DNA of 64,000 bases, from assembly GCA_043228905.1 (NCBI GenBank), contig JBHGNT010000015.1:9858001-9922000 (forward strand), written 5' to 3'. This DNA is from Azolla caroliniana (Eukaryota; Plantae; Polypodiophyta). The translations under genes and the position numbers were made by a program. Shown here in pieces: positions 49,479 to 59,758 of this stretch. The first letter of the stretch is position 1; every line of letters begins with the position of its first letter. Under the pieces are notes generated by a model that was not told the origin of the DNA, did not search any database, and was given only the letters and a program-made list of their open reading frames with translations.

Positions 49479-51753
49479 TATATCCGAATTTAGATACATA
49501 TAAATAAATAAATAATATATCAAAAGAATTTATCACGTGCATAGGGCAAGATTCAAACCATGCACCTCCACGTAGATAAACCCCAACTTTACCATTGTAA
49601 TAACTTATCTTTAGTGTTATAAATATAGATTTAATACGTATAAGACCTTTATTTACACATACCTTTATTAAAAGGTAAAAATCATGTATTCTTTAGAGTG
49701 TGAATATTTTATTTACACGTGACATTAAAAGTGACTCATGCACATCTAGCGTGCACGAGCCCTATATTTAGGAAATGACAAAACATCACATGCACATTTA
49801 GTGTGCATGGGCACTTTAGGTGAAAAAGCATGAAGCCATGCTTAGCCTCTTCCATCTTTATATAAGGAGGAGAAAAATATGTATATGGTTGTTGATTAAT
49901 ATACAAGGGTGGATCAATCTAATATATTCGTGGGATTCACGAATTTTGCCATCTAATTGCTCTTATACACTAAACTCGTGCGATTCACGAGATTGCTATC
50001 TTACTTCTCTTTTCACTATTCATATCTAGCCTTAAGTTGTATTCCTCTTCCTCCTAGTCAAAAACCTCGGCGGTTCCCACCCGACTCACGCAACGATCCG
50101 GAGCCGAAGGGCACGACACCGTGGAGCACCTTCAGTGCGCGCAACGAATATTACGGTATGTCAGCGGCACTAAAGACCGGGGACTGCTATACCGGCGAGG
50201 TATACCCGAAGAGCTTATCGGTTACACAGATGCTGATTGGGCCGGCGATGCGTCTGATCGCCGCTCCACTTCCGGATACATGTTCTGCATAGGTAGCGCG
50301 GCCGTTGCGTGGAGCAACAAGAAGCAGCCCACAGTGGCGTTGTCAAGCACTGAGGCTGAGTACCGGGCCGCTACCGTTGCCACTTGTGAAGCCATCTGGC
50401 TTCAGTGACTGCTGCGAGACTTGCGGATCGAGGTACCGACCCCGATCCCGATTTACTGCGATAACATGAGCAGCCTGCAGGTCGCCAGGAACCCTGTGTT
50501 GCATGCTCGCACAAAGCACATCGAGGTGCACTACCACTTCGTGCGTGAGCGGGTCCTGAGCGGTGATGTTGACCTACGGTATGTTCATACGGATCGGCAA
50601 GTTGCCGACATCTTCACCAAGCCGCTCAGATCGAACAAGTTGCAACACTTTACCGACATGCTTGGTATTCAGCATCTCGACGTGCCGCACTTGAGGGGGA
50701 GAAGCAAAGCCAAAGTCTCTATCGAAACGGGCAAAGGCCAAAAAACTGTTGAACCCGTCGGTAAGAGGAGAGCCGGAAGAAGAGGAGACGAGAAGATGAA
50801 GGAAGCCGAGTCGACGAAGGAAGTCGACACATCCGAACAGGTCGGAGCAAGCGGTTGTGACGAAGAATTGTGCACTCAGGAAGAGAAGTGCATGTTGTGC
50901 GGAGGTCATCACAATGGTACTGACCATGATGCGGAGTCGAATGAAGAATTCGATTTTGGTTCACCGGCTGAAGAAGCCGAGGGAAGCATGCAGAAGGCCA
51001 AGACTCGGAAGTGGTTCGATGTGGTGACAGGCCTGAAGCCGGAAGTCGAATCGGAGTGTACCGATTCGGACAAGAGCTGGAATGAGTCGGAGACAGCTGA
51101 CTCGGATCAACAGATGGATCCGGATGAGTCGGATCGACTGAAGGCCAAGGGGACACGGACACAGCAGAAGTCGATGCCATCGTGGGAGAACCGACGGATC
51201 GGCAAGCACCGGAGTCACAACAATGTGAGTGCTGAGATGGGCCTATTGAGCAGACATGCCGACCGAGAGGGTCAAGGCGCGCAGAACCAAAGGGGCCGCG
51301 GCAAACGGGACCGGACTGGACGAGGAGCGCGAGCAAGGCGGAGTAATGCCAGGAGAAGTCTGTTGGAAGAACTGACTGCCACAGAGGTCGACACTACGAC
51401 CCCACCTCAGGTTGAGCTTGAGGGGGAGTGTTGAGCGGCAAGCTCAACCGGAGCTGGATCGGCTGAATAAGCCGGAGCCGGTAAGCGAGACGGATCGGGC
51501 GAAACGGATCGGTATGACGGTGAGCAACCGAACCGGCAAGCAGTGGAGACCGGGTGCAATCCGTAACCGGAAGTCCAATCGGAAGCCTAGTATAGGATAG
51601 ACTACTAGGTAGCTATAGTCTCGTAGTAAGTGTCAGATGCTCGTGTGAGCATTGAAGTACATGGTACTTCTGTCAGTCTCAAGAGGACTTGTATAAATAG
51701 TGCTACTTAGCGCAGTGTGTGTACAGAGTCTTGATATAATTTTTAAATTGTGT

Positions 51754-51790
<37 letters not shown>

Positions 51791-52176
51791 GTTCTTTGTT
51801 TTACGCTTCCGCAAACACTTACGTTTACAGACTTCTTCAGTCGGCATATTGCCGAGGAGTTTGTTCCAGAGTGAAATCCGGGGGGCTGTACCATGTACAC
51901 CTATTCCTCAAGTTCACCTTGCAGGAATGCATTCTTTACATCCATCTGATGTAAGTGTCACCCCTTCGCCGCAGCTACTGCGAGCAAAACACGGACGGTC
52001 GTCATTTTCGCGACCGGCGCAAACGTCTCATCGTAGTCGATGTCGTGTTGCTGCGTGTAGCCCTTTGCCACTAGCCGAGCCTTGTACCGGTTAACGGAGC
52101 CATCGGTGTTGTACTTGACCTTGTACACCCACCTACACCCGATTGGTTTTACCCCTCTTGGTGTGTCAACGAGGTC

Positions 52177-55100
52177 CTAGGTCTCGTTCTCCGCCAATGC
52201 GTGCATCTCTTCCTCCATCGCGGCATGCCAATTCGCGTCTTTAGGCACTTCTGCGTAGCTCTCTGGCTCACACACTTCCGCTACACGGGTCATGTACGAA
52301 TAATGATGCGCCATGTACTCGTTGTATCCAAACCGCAAAACAGGATTCTTCTTGCGGGTAGATTGGCGGAACCTCGCATTAGCCGATGTCGAGGCCTTCT
52401 CGGTCGATGCGGACTTTACCTTTAAAGACCTGTCACCGGTTCCCTCGGAGTCGGACTCGTGTCGGTCTGACTCGTTCTTCTCTGTGCCGGAATCCAACAC
52501 CTTCTTCTTCCCTTTCTCTTTGCGTGTAAGCTGTCTCCTCGGCTTCCTGCGCGGGGAATGCACGGCCGAGTCTCCACTACTCGCCGGCTCTTCATCGGAG
52601 TGGTCGTACCGACTCAGTCGTCCAATCGGTCCACTTAACCGGAGTGAAATCGGACTCTCTTCGCGGGTCTCGATTTTGGGCTCATCCGGAGGCATCTCGG
52701 CCTCGTTGACCTCATCGTCAGAGCTCGGATTGGAGTTGAGGTTCGTAGGCGGGGGCAGGTACCAGGACGCGGACTCGTCAAACACAACGTCACGGCTGAC
52801 ACACACTTGTTTGGTGCGAGGGTTATAGCACTTATAACCCTTCTGCTCGTCCGAGTAACCGACCAAGATGCATTTCACGGCCTTTGCGTCCAGCTTCCTC
52901 CTTTTCTCCTTCGGTACATGCACATACGCAATGCTACTGAACACCCTCAAGTGTCGTAAGTTCGGCTTCGTTCTGAAATATAGCTCCTGCGCCGACACTT
53001 TGTCTCCGATCCGGTTCTGGATGTATACCGCAGTCCTTACCGCCTCGGCCCAGTAGAACTTGGGCAAGCTCTTCTCCTCCAGCATTGCCCATGCCGCTTC
53101 CACAACTAACCGATTCTTCCTCTCGGCCACGCCGTTCTGCTCCGACGTGTCATCGTCAGAGCTCGGATTGGAGTTGAGGTTCGTAGGCGGGGGCAGGTAC
53201 CAGGACGCGGAATCGTCAAACACAACGTCACGGCTGACACACACTTGTTTGGTGCGAGGGTTATAGCACTTATAACCCTTCTGCTCGTCCGAGTAACCGA
53301 CCAAGATGCATTTCACGGCCTTTGCATCCAGCTTCCTCCTTTTCTCCTTCGGTACATGCACATACGCAATGCTACTGAACACCCTCAAGTGTCGTAAGTT
53401 CGGCTTCGTTCTGAAATATAGCTCCTGCGCCGACACTTTGTCTCCGATCCGGTTCTGGATGTATACCGCAGTCCTTACCGCCTCGGCCCAGTAGAACTTG
53501 GGCAAGCTCTTCTCCTCCAGCATTGCCCATGCCGCTTCCACAACTAACCGATTCTTCCTCTCGGCCACGCCGTTCTGCTCCGACGTGTATCTGCAACTGA
53601 ATTCGCGCCGAATTCCCATTTGTTGTAGATAACCGTTGAATTGACCGGAGAAGTACTCTTTCCCGCCATCTGACCGCAGGCACTTGATCTTTCGTCCCGT
53701 CTCCGTTTCCACGAAGCCTTTGAGGTCCTGAAAGTAGTTGAAGACTTCGCTCTTCCTCTCAATGAGGTGGATCCATGTGTGCCGTGTGTGGTCGTCGATG
53801 AAGGAGACGAAATATCGGCTCCCGCCAAGACTAACGTTTTGTGCCAGCCCCCATACATCGGAGTGTATAAGGTCGAGCTTGTTCCGGCTCCGGTTTCGCT
53901 CGTTGGGGAAGGGAAGTCGGTGTTGCTTCCCGAGCTGGCAGGCTTCACAAATTTGTGCCTTTCGGCAACTAAATTTGGGCAATCCGAACCCTACCTGTTT
54001 CGATTGCAGATCTTGAAGCCGTTGGTGGTTGATGTGGCCTATCCGCTTGTGCCACAAGTCGATGTCCGACTCGGATTTTTGTCCCTTCGTGAACATTGCG
54101 GTGCCGCCGTCAGTGGAGTCGAGGATGAACATCCTCCCGTCTCTGCGCCCTTGCGCAATCACACGACCTTCTTCCTCAATGAAGCACCCGAGGTGTGTAA
54201 ACCAAACCTCCATCCCTTGGTCGACGATCTGTCCGACCAAGACCAAGTTTTTCGTGATTGTCGGAACGTGCAACACGTTCATGAGTTTCCCTTTCTGCCC
54301 GACATGGCTAAGGGGAACTTCTCTGACATTCGCGATAGGATGCGGAGTGTCGTCTCCTGTTGCGACTACTCCAGGTTGTATCGATTTTTCAAGGTACGAG
54401 AACCACTCCTTATGGCTCGTCATGTGGTTTGACGCGCCGGAGTCTACATACCACACCTCGTCCGATCTCGGGGTGCTCTGTTTCATTGAGTTTGCTTCGT
54501 GTCTCGACACGAAGGCAGACCCTTCTCCGGCTCTCCCGGAGTCTTCGGCGTAGTGCGATTGCTGCCGATTTCCCTTGTCGGTATGTCTGGAGCCGTTTCC
54601 GGAACCGGTTCTCTCCGAATCGACGCGCTTCTTCCAACACTCACTTTCCCTGTGGCCTTTCTTGCCACAGTACCAGCACTCCGCGATGGCCTTCCCTTGC
54701 CGGTTCTCATTGCTTCGACTCCCGCTGTTTCCGGAGGGTCCAGAGTTGCTGTCGGCATCACTTCGGTGCCTTCTTCCTTGATCTTGTCGGCCGCCTCCAT
54801 TGCGCGCCGACTCGCCTCGTCCTCCACGTCCATGAGGCCTATCTCCCTCCGTGTACAACATTCTGTTGTCGGTGTGCGTGCTTGTAGATGCACCCGCGTG
54901 GTTCTCCTCTACCAGGAGCATCGACTGTAAGTCGAAAAAGGACTGCGTATTCTCCCGGGTACACACAGCCGTTCGGAACGCTCCGAACTTCGACGCCAAA
55001 CCTCCGAAACAGATTTGGACCATCTCGCTCTCCTCAATGTTCACCTCCATGGAGGCGAGGGAGTCGCAGATATCCTTGATCTTCGAGGTATAGTCCGCCA

Positions 55101-55464
55101 CCAACAAGTCACGTTGTCGTAGGTTGCTCAACTCCTGTCGGAGCTGAAGCTTCCTGGCTGTGGTGCTCGTAGCGAAAATCTTCTTCAGATTTTCCCACGC
55201 ACCCTTCGGCGTCTTTGCATCCCAAACATAGCTCAATAGTTGTTCGCCCACACACGACGCGAAGCAGTATAATACCCTGCTCGCCGATTGCTCCCACGAC
55301 GTAAAGTCTTTGTGTGTCGATTCGGGTGCCGCGTCATTAGCTCCTTTGACATAACTCCAGTAGCCATGCCCGAGCAGGTACTGGTGCATCTTGTAGGACC
55401 AAGACGCGTAGTTGGTTCTGTCGAGCTTCTCTGTTGGAAGCAAGCTCGCCATGCCTCTATTCAT
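52177..55464 (-). CDS. Copia A1 gag-PR-IN polyprotein (premature stop at RT start; in-frame 438-bp duplication)
   Basis: CWYCGKKGHRESEC knuckle, WYVDSGAS protease, HHCC and DDE integrase. Confidence 0.92.
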   Translation of the reverse strand: MNRGMASLLPTEKLDRTNYASWSYKMHQYLLGHGYWSYVKGANDAAPESTHKDFTSWEQSASRVLYCFASCVGEQLLSYVWDAKTPKGAWENLKKIFATSTTARKLQLRQELSNLRQRDLLVADYTSKIKDICDSLASMEVNIEESEMVQICFGGLASKFGAFRTAVCTRENTQSFFDLQSMLLVEENHAGASTSTHTDNRMLYTEGDRPHGRGGRGESARNGGGRQDQGRRHRSDADSNSGPSGNSGSRSNENRQGKAIAECWYCGKKGHRESECWKKRVDSERTGSGNGSRHTDKGNRQQSHYAEDSGRAGEGSAFVSRHEANSMKQSTPRSDEVWYVDSGASNHMTSHKEWFSYLEKSIQPGVVATGDDTPHPIANVREVPLSHVGQKGKLMNVLHVPTITKNLVLVGQIVDQGMEVWFTHLGCFIEEEGRVIAQGRRDGRMFILDSTDGGTAMFTKGQKSESDIDLWHKRIGHINHQRLQDLQSKQVGFGLPKFSCRKAQICEACQLGKQHRLPFPNERNRSRNKLDLIHSDVWGLAQNVSLGGSRYFVSFIDDHTRHTWIHLIERKSEVFNYFQDLKGFVETETGRKIKCLRSDGGKEYFSGQFNGYLQQMGIRREFSCRYTSEQNGVAERKNRLVVEAAWAMLEEKSLPKFYWAEAVRTAVYIQNRIGDKVSAQELYFRTKPNLRHLRVFSSIAYVHVPKEKRRKLDAKAVKCILVGYSDEQKGYKCYNPRTKQVCVSRDVVFDDSASWYLPPPTNLNSNPSSDDDTSEQNGVAERKNRLVVEAAWAMLEEKSLPKFYWAEAVRTAVYIQNRIGDKVSAQELYFRTKPNLRHLRVFSSIAYVHVPKEKRRKLDAKAVKCILVGYSDEQKGYKCYNPRTKQVCVSRDVVFDESASWYLPPPTNLNSNPSSDDEVNEAEMPPDEPKIETREESPISLRLSGPIGRLSRYDHSDEEPASSGDSAVHSPRRKPRRQLTRKEKGKKKVLDSGTEKNESDRHESDSEGTGDRSLKVKSASTEKASTSANARFRQSTRKKNPVLRFGYNEYMAHHYSYMTRVAEVCEPESYAEVPKDANWHAAMEEEMHALAENET
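52712..53588. repeat. 438-bp tandem duplication inside A1 integrase
   Basis: Two copies with 2 visible substitutions; frame preserved. Confidence 0.95.
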
Positions 55465-56683
55465 CGTTCTTCTTGTTCTTCTTCGTCAAGCTGTGTCGGC
55501 TGTAGAGAGGTTCTCAACCCTCGCGCTCTGATACCATGTAAAAAGTAGCGTGCGGAAGCAAGTATAAAGATAGAACAGAAGGGAGAACACTCAGGTTTAA
55601 TGGAGAGCTTGAGCTTACACAGTATACGCGGGAGAGACCGAGAGAGTTTTAGAGAAGACACCAAAGGGAGGATATATTATGAAAGACAAAAAACTATACA
55701 TATATGTGTTCAATGAACACTTTGTACAAGCCCTAGAAGGACTGACTGGAGTACTGATAGTACTTTAATGCTCATTAAGAGATCCTACACTAACTCCCAA
55801 ATATATTCATCACGGAATATCTTTCCTAACGGCCTAACCAATCGGTCCTAGCCGATCCGGTCCTCGGCTTCTTCAGCCGATCTGGCCGATGTTGAGCTTG
55901 TCTCTCAACAGAAGGCCATTGGAATCCAACTCAAGGATGACGATGGTGCAAATGGCCTCATCGAGGATTGGGCCAGTGGAAAGGGTATGCCGACAACACG
56001 ACGAGAGCATGACGAGATTCTCGTCGACAACAACACGACCCATGAGGGATGTTCAAAGAAGAACGGGATGCAATACACCACCAGTGAAGGAAGAAAACTT
56101 CAAGAGGGAAGATTTGATACTTAACATAGAAGCCTTAATGAGAGAAGCATTCAAGAACTTAAAGGTGCAAGGTGATGAAAACCGAGGAGAACGGTGATCG
56201 AGGAAAAAGAGTCCTCCCAACAAATATGGGTTAATGAAGTGGCCGATACAAAGGCTCAAGTTTTTTATGAAAATACCAAGAGAAAAGGTGCAAAACAAGT
56301 CACCTTCTCATATTGCAGAGAAACAAGGGTCAAGGATAAGGCCGAAGACTCGAGAGTGGGAAATGCCGCTCTAAGAGTGGACACGCATTTCGGAACACAC
56401 ATTGTGTCCGAAATATCAAATGATGAAGGTGCAAGCGTGAGCAAAGCTTGTGTGATCGATGGAGATAAAGAGTGCGAGGTTGACGTGATTGAGGCGGTAG
56501 CCATGAGGAACGACATCGAGTCGGAGATGGCTATGGACGAGTCCAGGACGGATGACCGTGTCGAGACTTTCCCAACACTTGATCTAGAGACTTGGGCAGT
56601 TGCGTCCGAGAGCCAACATGAGACCCAAGAGATGGAAAGTGGTGAGGAAGCAAAGATTGAAGCCAATGCGAATAATAACATTG

Positions 56684-59354
56684 TGTCATGGACCGGTAGA
56701 CGAGGAGGAGGACAAGTAGGCGAGCTAAATATTAACAGAGAGCGAAGGATAGATATATAGATAGGGAGAGAGTATAGACAAGAGAACAAGAGAGATAGAG
56801 GGAGAAGGTAGACAAAGAAGAGCAAGAACTAGATTATGCTTCCGTAATTGGTGTTGTTCACCTTGATTGTAATCAAGGTGCACCGAAGTATTTATACAAG
56901 AATGTGGTGGTATGCATGTAAGCTAGGAAACATCTACAGAATTCATGGAAACTTCTAGAGAGTGCATGAAGGTGCATTCTCTAGAAGTTTCTTGAAAGTT
57001 CTAGTGATTAACTTACAATGTAATAAGTTGAAACTTATACAATATAATAATGCATAGCTGGAATGTAGCTCAATTTCTAAGGTTGCCCAATAAGACCAAG
57101 AGGTCATGGGTTCAAACCCCTACATTCCATCGTGCCTATGACATTATCCTCCCTCTAAGGCCGCCTCCTAGGACACGTGGGTATCATTGATGAAAATGGC
57201 GAATGGCCTTCAGAGCATTTTGTAAATGTGTAACTGGTTCCCATGTGGCGTCCAAAATGGGGTAACCTTTCCATAAGACCAAATATTGGAGTTGTTGACA
57301 AAGATATCGAGAGTCGAGGATTTGGTCAACCTCATATTCTTCGTCCATCGACAATTCCACAGGTGGCGGTGGAGGAGGTTGTCGTCCTAGAATTCGTGAA
57401 GGATGGTAGAGTTCAAGGAGGGAAACATGAAAAACATCGTGAATCCTGAATGTTGGAGGAAGTGCTAACCAGAAGGCGACTGGGTTGATCCGCTCGATGA
57501 TACGAAAGGGGCCTAGCCTTTTGTAGTCCAATTTTGCACAAGGACATGTGGTGGCGATGTGACGACGTAACAACCAGACCATATCCCCAATTGCAAATGT
57601 TGGTGCAGCTAAGTGATGTCGGTCCGCTTGATCTCTATAGAGGTCACGATGGACATCGTGTAAAGCGCGGGCACTTGTCTCTGCCAAAGGATTGACGAAG
57701 TTGCAGGTATGGAAATGCTGAAACGAGGGTGAAATCCATAGTTTGGAAAGAAGGGGGAAACTTTAGTCGAAGCATGGATACTATTTTGTAGGCAAATTCC
57801 ACCATTGCAAGGAAGTCCACCCAATCCTCCTGTTCGTAGCTCACGGTACACCGAAGATATTGTTCGAGGATTTGGTTGACTCGCTCTATTTGTCCATCAG
57901 TTTGAGGATGGTATGCGGAGGACAAGTTGACAGAAGTCCCGAATGTTTGTAGAAGTCGTCGCCAAAAGTGAGAAATGAACTGAGAACCTCGATCAGAGGT
58001 GATATCCTCGGGTAAGTCGTGTAATCGAACAACATTTTTAAGAAAAAGATCAGTTGTCTCTTCCTTGGAAATGGTTTTGGAGCATGGGACAAAGTGAGCC
58101 ATCTTCGAAAACCGATCGACAATGACTAGCACCGTGTCATGGCCACCAACCAGAGGGAGGTCGGTGATAAAGTCCATGGATAGAGAGACCCATGGTCGAC
58201 TTGGAATGGGGAGCAGGTGGAGAAGACCGTATGGCCGATGGTGAGGCATTTTGGACCGAGCACATACATCACATGTATTGATAAATTCCTTGACAAATTT
58301 CCAAGGTTGGGGCCACCAAAACCCTCGAGATAGCAATTCCAAGGTTTTCGTGACCCCAAAGTGGCTGGCAAGAGGATCATCATGACAATTTTGTAGTACC
58401 CATGTCCGACATGATCCTTCGGAAACGTACAAAAGATGATTACGATACAGTAGCCCATCCCGGGTTGTAAATTGGTTGAGATATGAGCTTTTCATACCCG
58501 GAGATGGGTCATTGATGCGGGCCATGATTTCTTTGGCGAATGGGTCTGACGTGGTTGTCATGGCGATCTCGTTGACCAAAGAATCATCATGCAACATGCA
58601 CGTGGCGAACATCTGAAATTGATCAGGCCGCAACAGACAATGGGATTGTTGTGAATATGTATCATCTCCTGGGCGCAATGCAAGATCATGATGCCGAGAG
58701 TGGGCATCAACTTTCCCATGTTGAACTCCAGGTCGAAACAAGATCTCAAAGTCGTAGTCGGCGAGAAAAGATTACCATCGGGTGGTGAAGTAAATTAGAT
58801 TTTTGTGGTCGGTCAGCACCTGGATGCAATGTTGGGCCCCAACCAAATAGGGTCGCCATTCAGTGAAGGCATATATGATTGTTGCAAGCTCCTTGTCGTA
58901 GACCGGATAATTGATTTCCGGGGCGGTAAACTTCTGAGAATAGAAGGCAACATGATGTAGTGTGCTCTCGTTGTCTGGTTGGGACAGGACAACTCCAATG
59001 GCAAAGTCGGAGGCATCGGTTTCAACCTGGAAGGGCCTTGTGGGGTCGGGGTGGACCAACACTGGGGCTGTGAGAAAAGCTGCATTGATGGCATCAAAAG
59101 CACTTTGCGCCGTAGAGGTCCAAAGAAATGGAGTATATTTTCTAGTAAGGATGATTAGAGGTTGCACTAAAGAAGAAAAACCATTGATAAATCGTCGATA
59201 GAAATTTGCAAAACCAAGAAATGATTGTACCTCTTTCAACCGAGTAGGGACAGGACAATCGGTGATTGCCGCTACCTTGTGTGCATCCATTCTGATCCCC
59301 GAGGGTAAAATCACGTAGCCTAGGAATTCGACACAGGTTCGATCGAATTCACAT
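56684..59354 (-). mobile_element. Chromovirus E, degraded 3' half (RT end, RNase H, IN, chromodomain, PPT, 3' LTR 56684-57143)
   Basis: ETDASD, HPQTDGQ, YEVDQILDS...YLVLWKGY; cttagagggaggataa-TGTCA. Confidence 0.9.
57059..57129 (+). ncRNA. tRNA-like Pol III module in LTR of E (not a functional tRNA)
   Basis: TGGAATG/CATTCCA acceptor stem, TAGCTCAA A box, GGTTCAAACCC B box; anticodon arm unpaired. Confidence 0.7.
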
Positions 59355-59758
59355 TGTCGTAGTGTAAATCGCACAATATGAGAAAATTGTATTTGTGGTC
59401 CCTCCGGATGGGACATGGAGACCCGGCAAGAACTGGATGAAGAGTACCCGGTGAGAACCGGATGAAGAATGTCGGTGAGAGTTGGTGAGAAATGGGCAAA
59501 AGGGACCCGGTAAGGAGGACCCGGTAAGAACCAGATAAACAAGACCTGGTGAGAACCGGATGAAAAGACATATTTGAAAATAGGAGGGAATATTAAAAAT
59601 ATTGTTACATGCATAGGGCAAGATTCGAACCTTGTATCTCCATGTACATAATGTGAAGCTTTACCATTACACTAACATATCATTAGTATTAAAAAAGTAG
59701 ACGTCCCACATAGAAATGTAAGTGCACACTAGGATGAACTTTACCTAGAAGAAAATGC
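59355..59758 (+). mobile_element. B-family LTR (B''), 5' part, inserted in E and interrupted by Copia F
   Basis: Starts tgtcgtagtgta like the B LTR and carries the gcatagggcaagattcgaacc module. Confidence 0.75.

Larger units (their letters stand above)
31869..50118 (+). mobile_element. Gypsy B, full length, inserted in A2 RT; 683-bp LTRs 31869-32551 and 49436-50118; 4-bp TSD CCGT; tRNA-Trp PBS 32556-32572
   Basis: Near-identical LTRs; QKPT|VEHL restored on removal; PBS complements the 3' end of plant tRNA-Trp. Confidence 0.96.
27667..51829 (+). mobile_element. Copia A2, full length, inserted in RT of A1; LTRs 27667-28075 and 51429-51829; TSD GACTT
   Basis: LTR pair, PBS tggtatcagagc at 28076, PPT at ~51417-51428, TSD at 27662-27666 and 51830-51834. 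Confidence 0.96.
25655..55910 (-). mobile_element. Copia A1, full length; LTRs 55537-55910 (5') and 25655-26028 (3'); TSD GAAGG
   Basis: 374-bp LTR pair (~11 substitutions), iMet PBS 55525-55536, PPT 26029-26040. Confidence 0.96.
24453..56683 (+). mobile_element. Gypsy B' (non-chromovirus, tRNA-Trp PBS): 5' LTR 24453-25099; gag 25162-25654 continues at 55916; interrupted by Copia A1 and by element E
   Basis: TGTCG...CGACA LTR; PBS tggtgaacccgacgtga at 25105; gag joins across the GAAGG TSD (VKSIDCNERK|AIGIQLKDD). Confidence 0.85.

Noticed and set aside
50421-51434. env-like gene in Copia A
   Set aside because: The extension is in frame with RNase H, highly charged and has no transmembrane segment
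57059-57129. Functional tRNA gene
   Set aside because: Anticodon and D arms do not pair and it lies inside an LTR; kept only as a tRNA-like module
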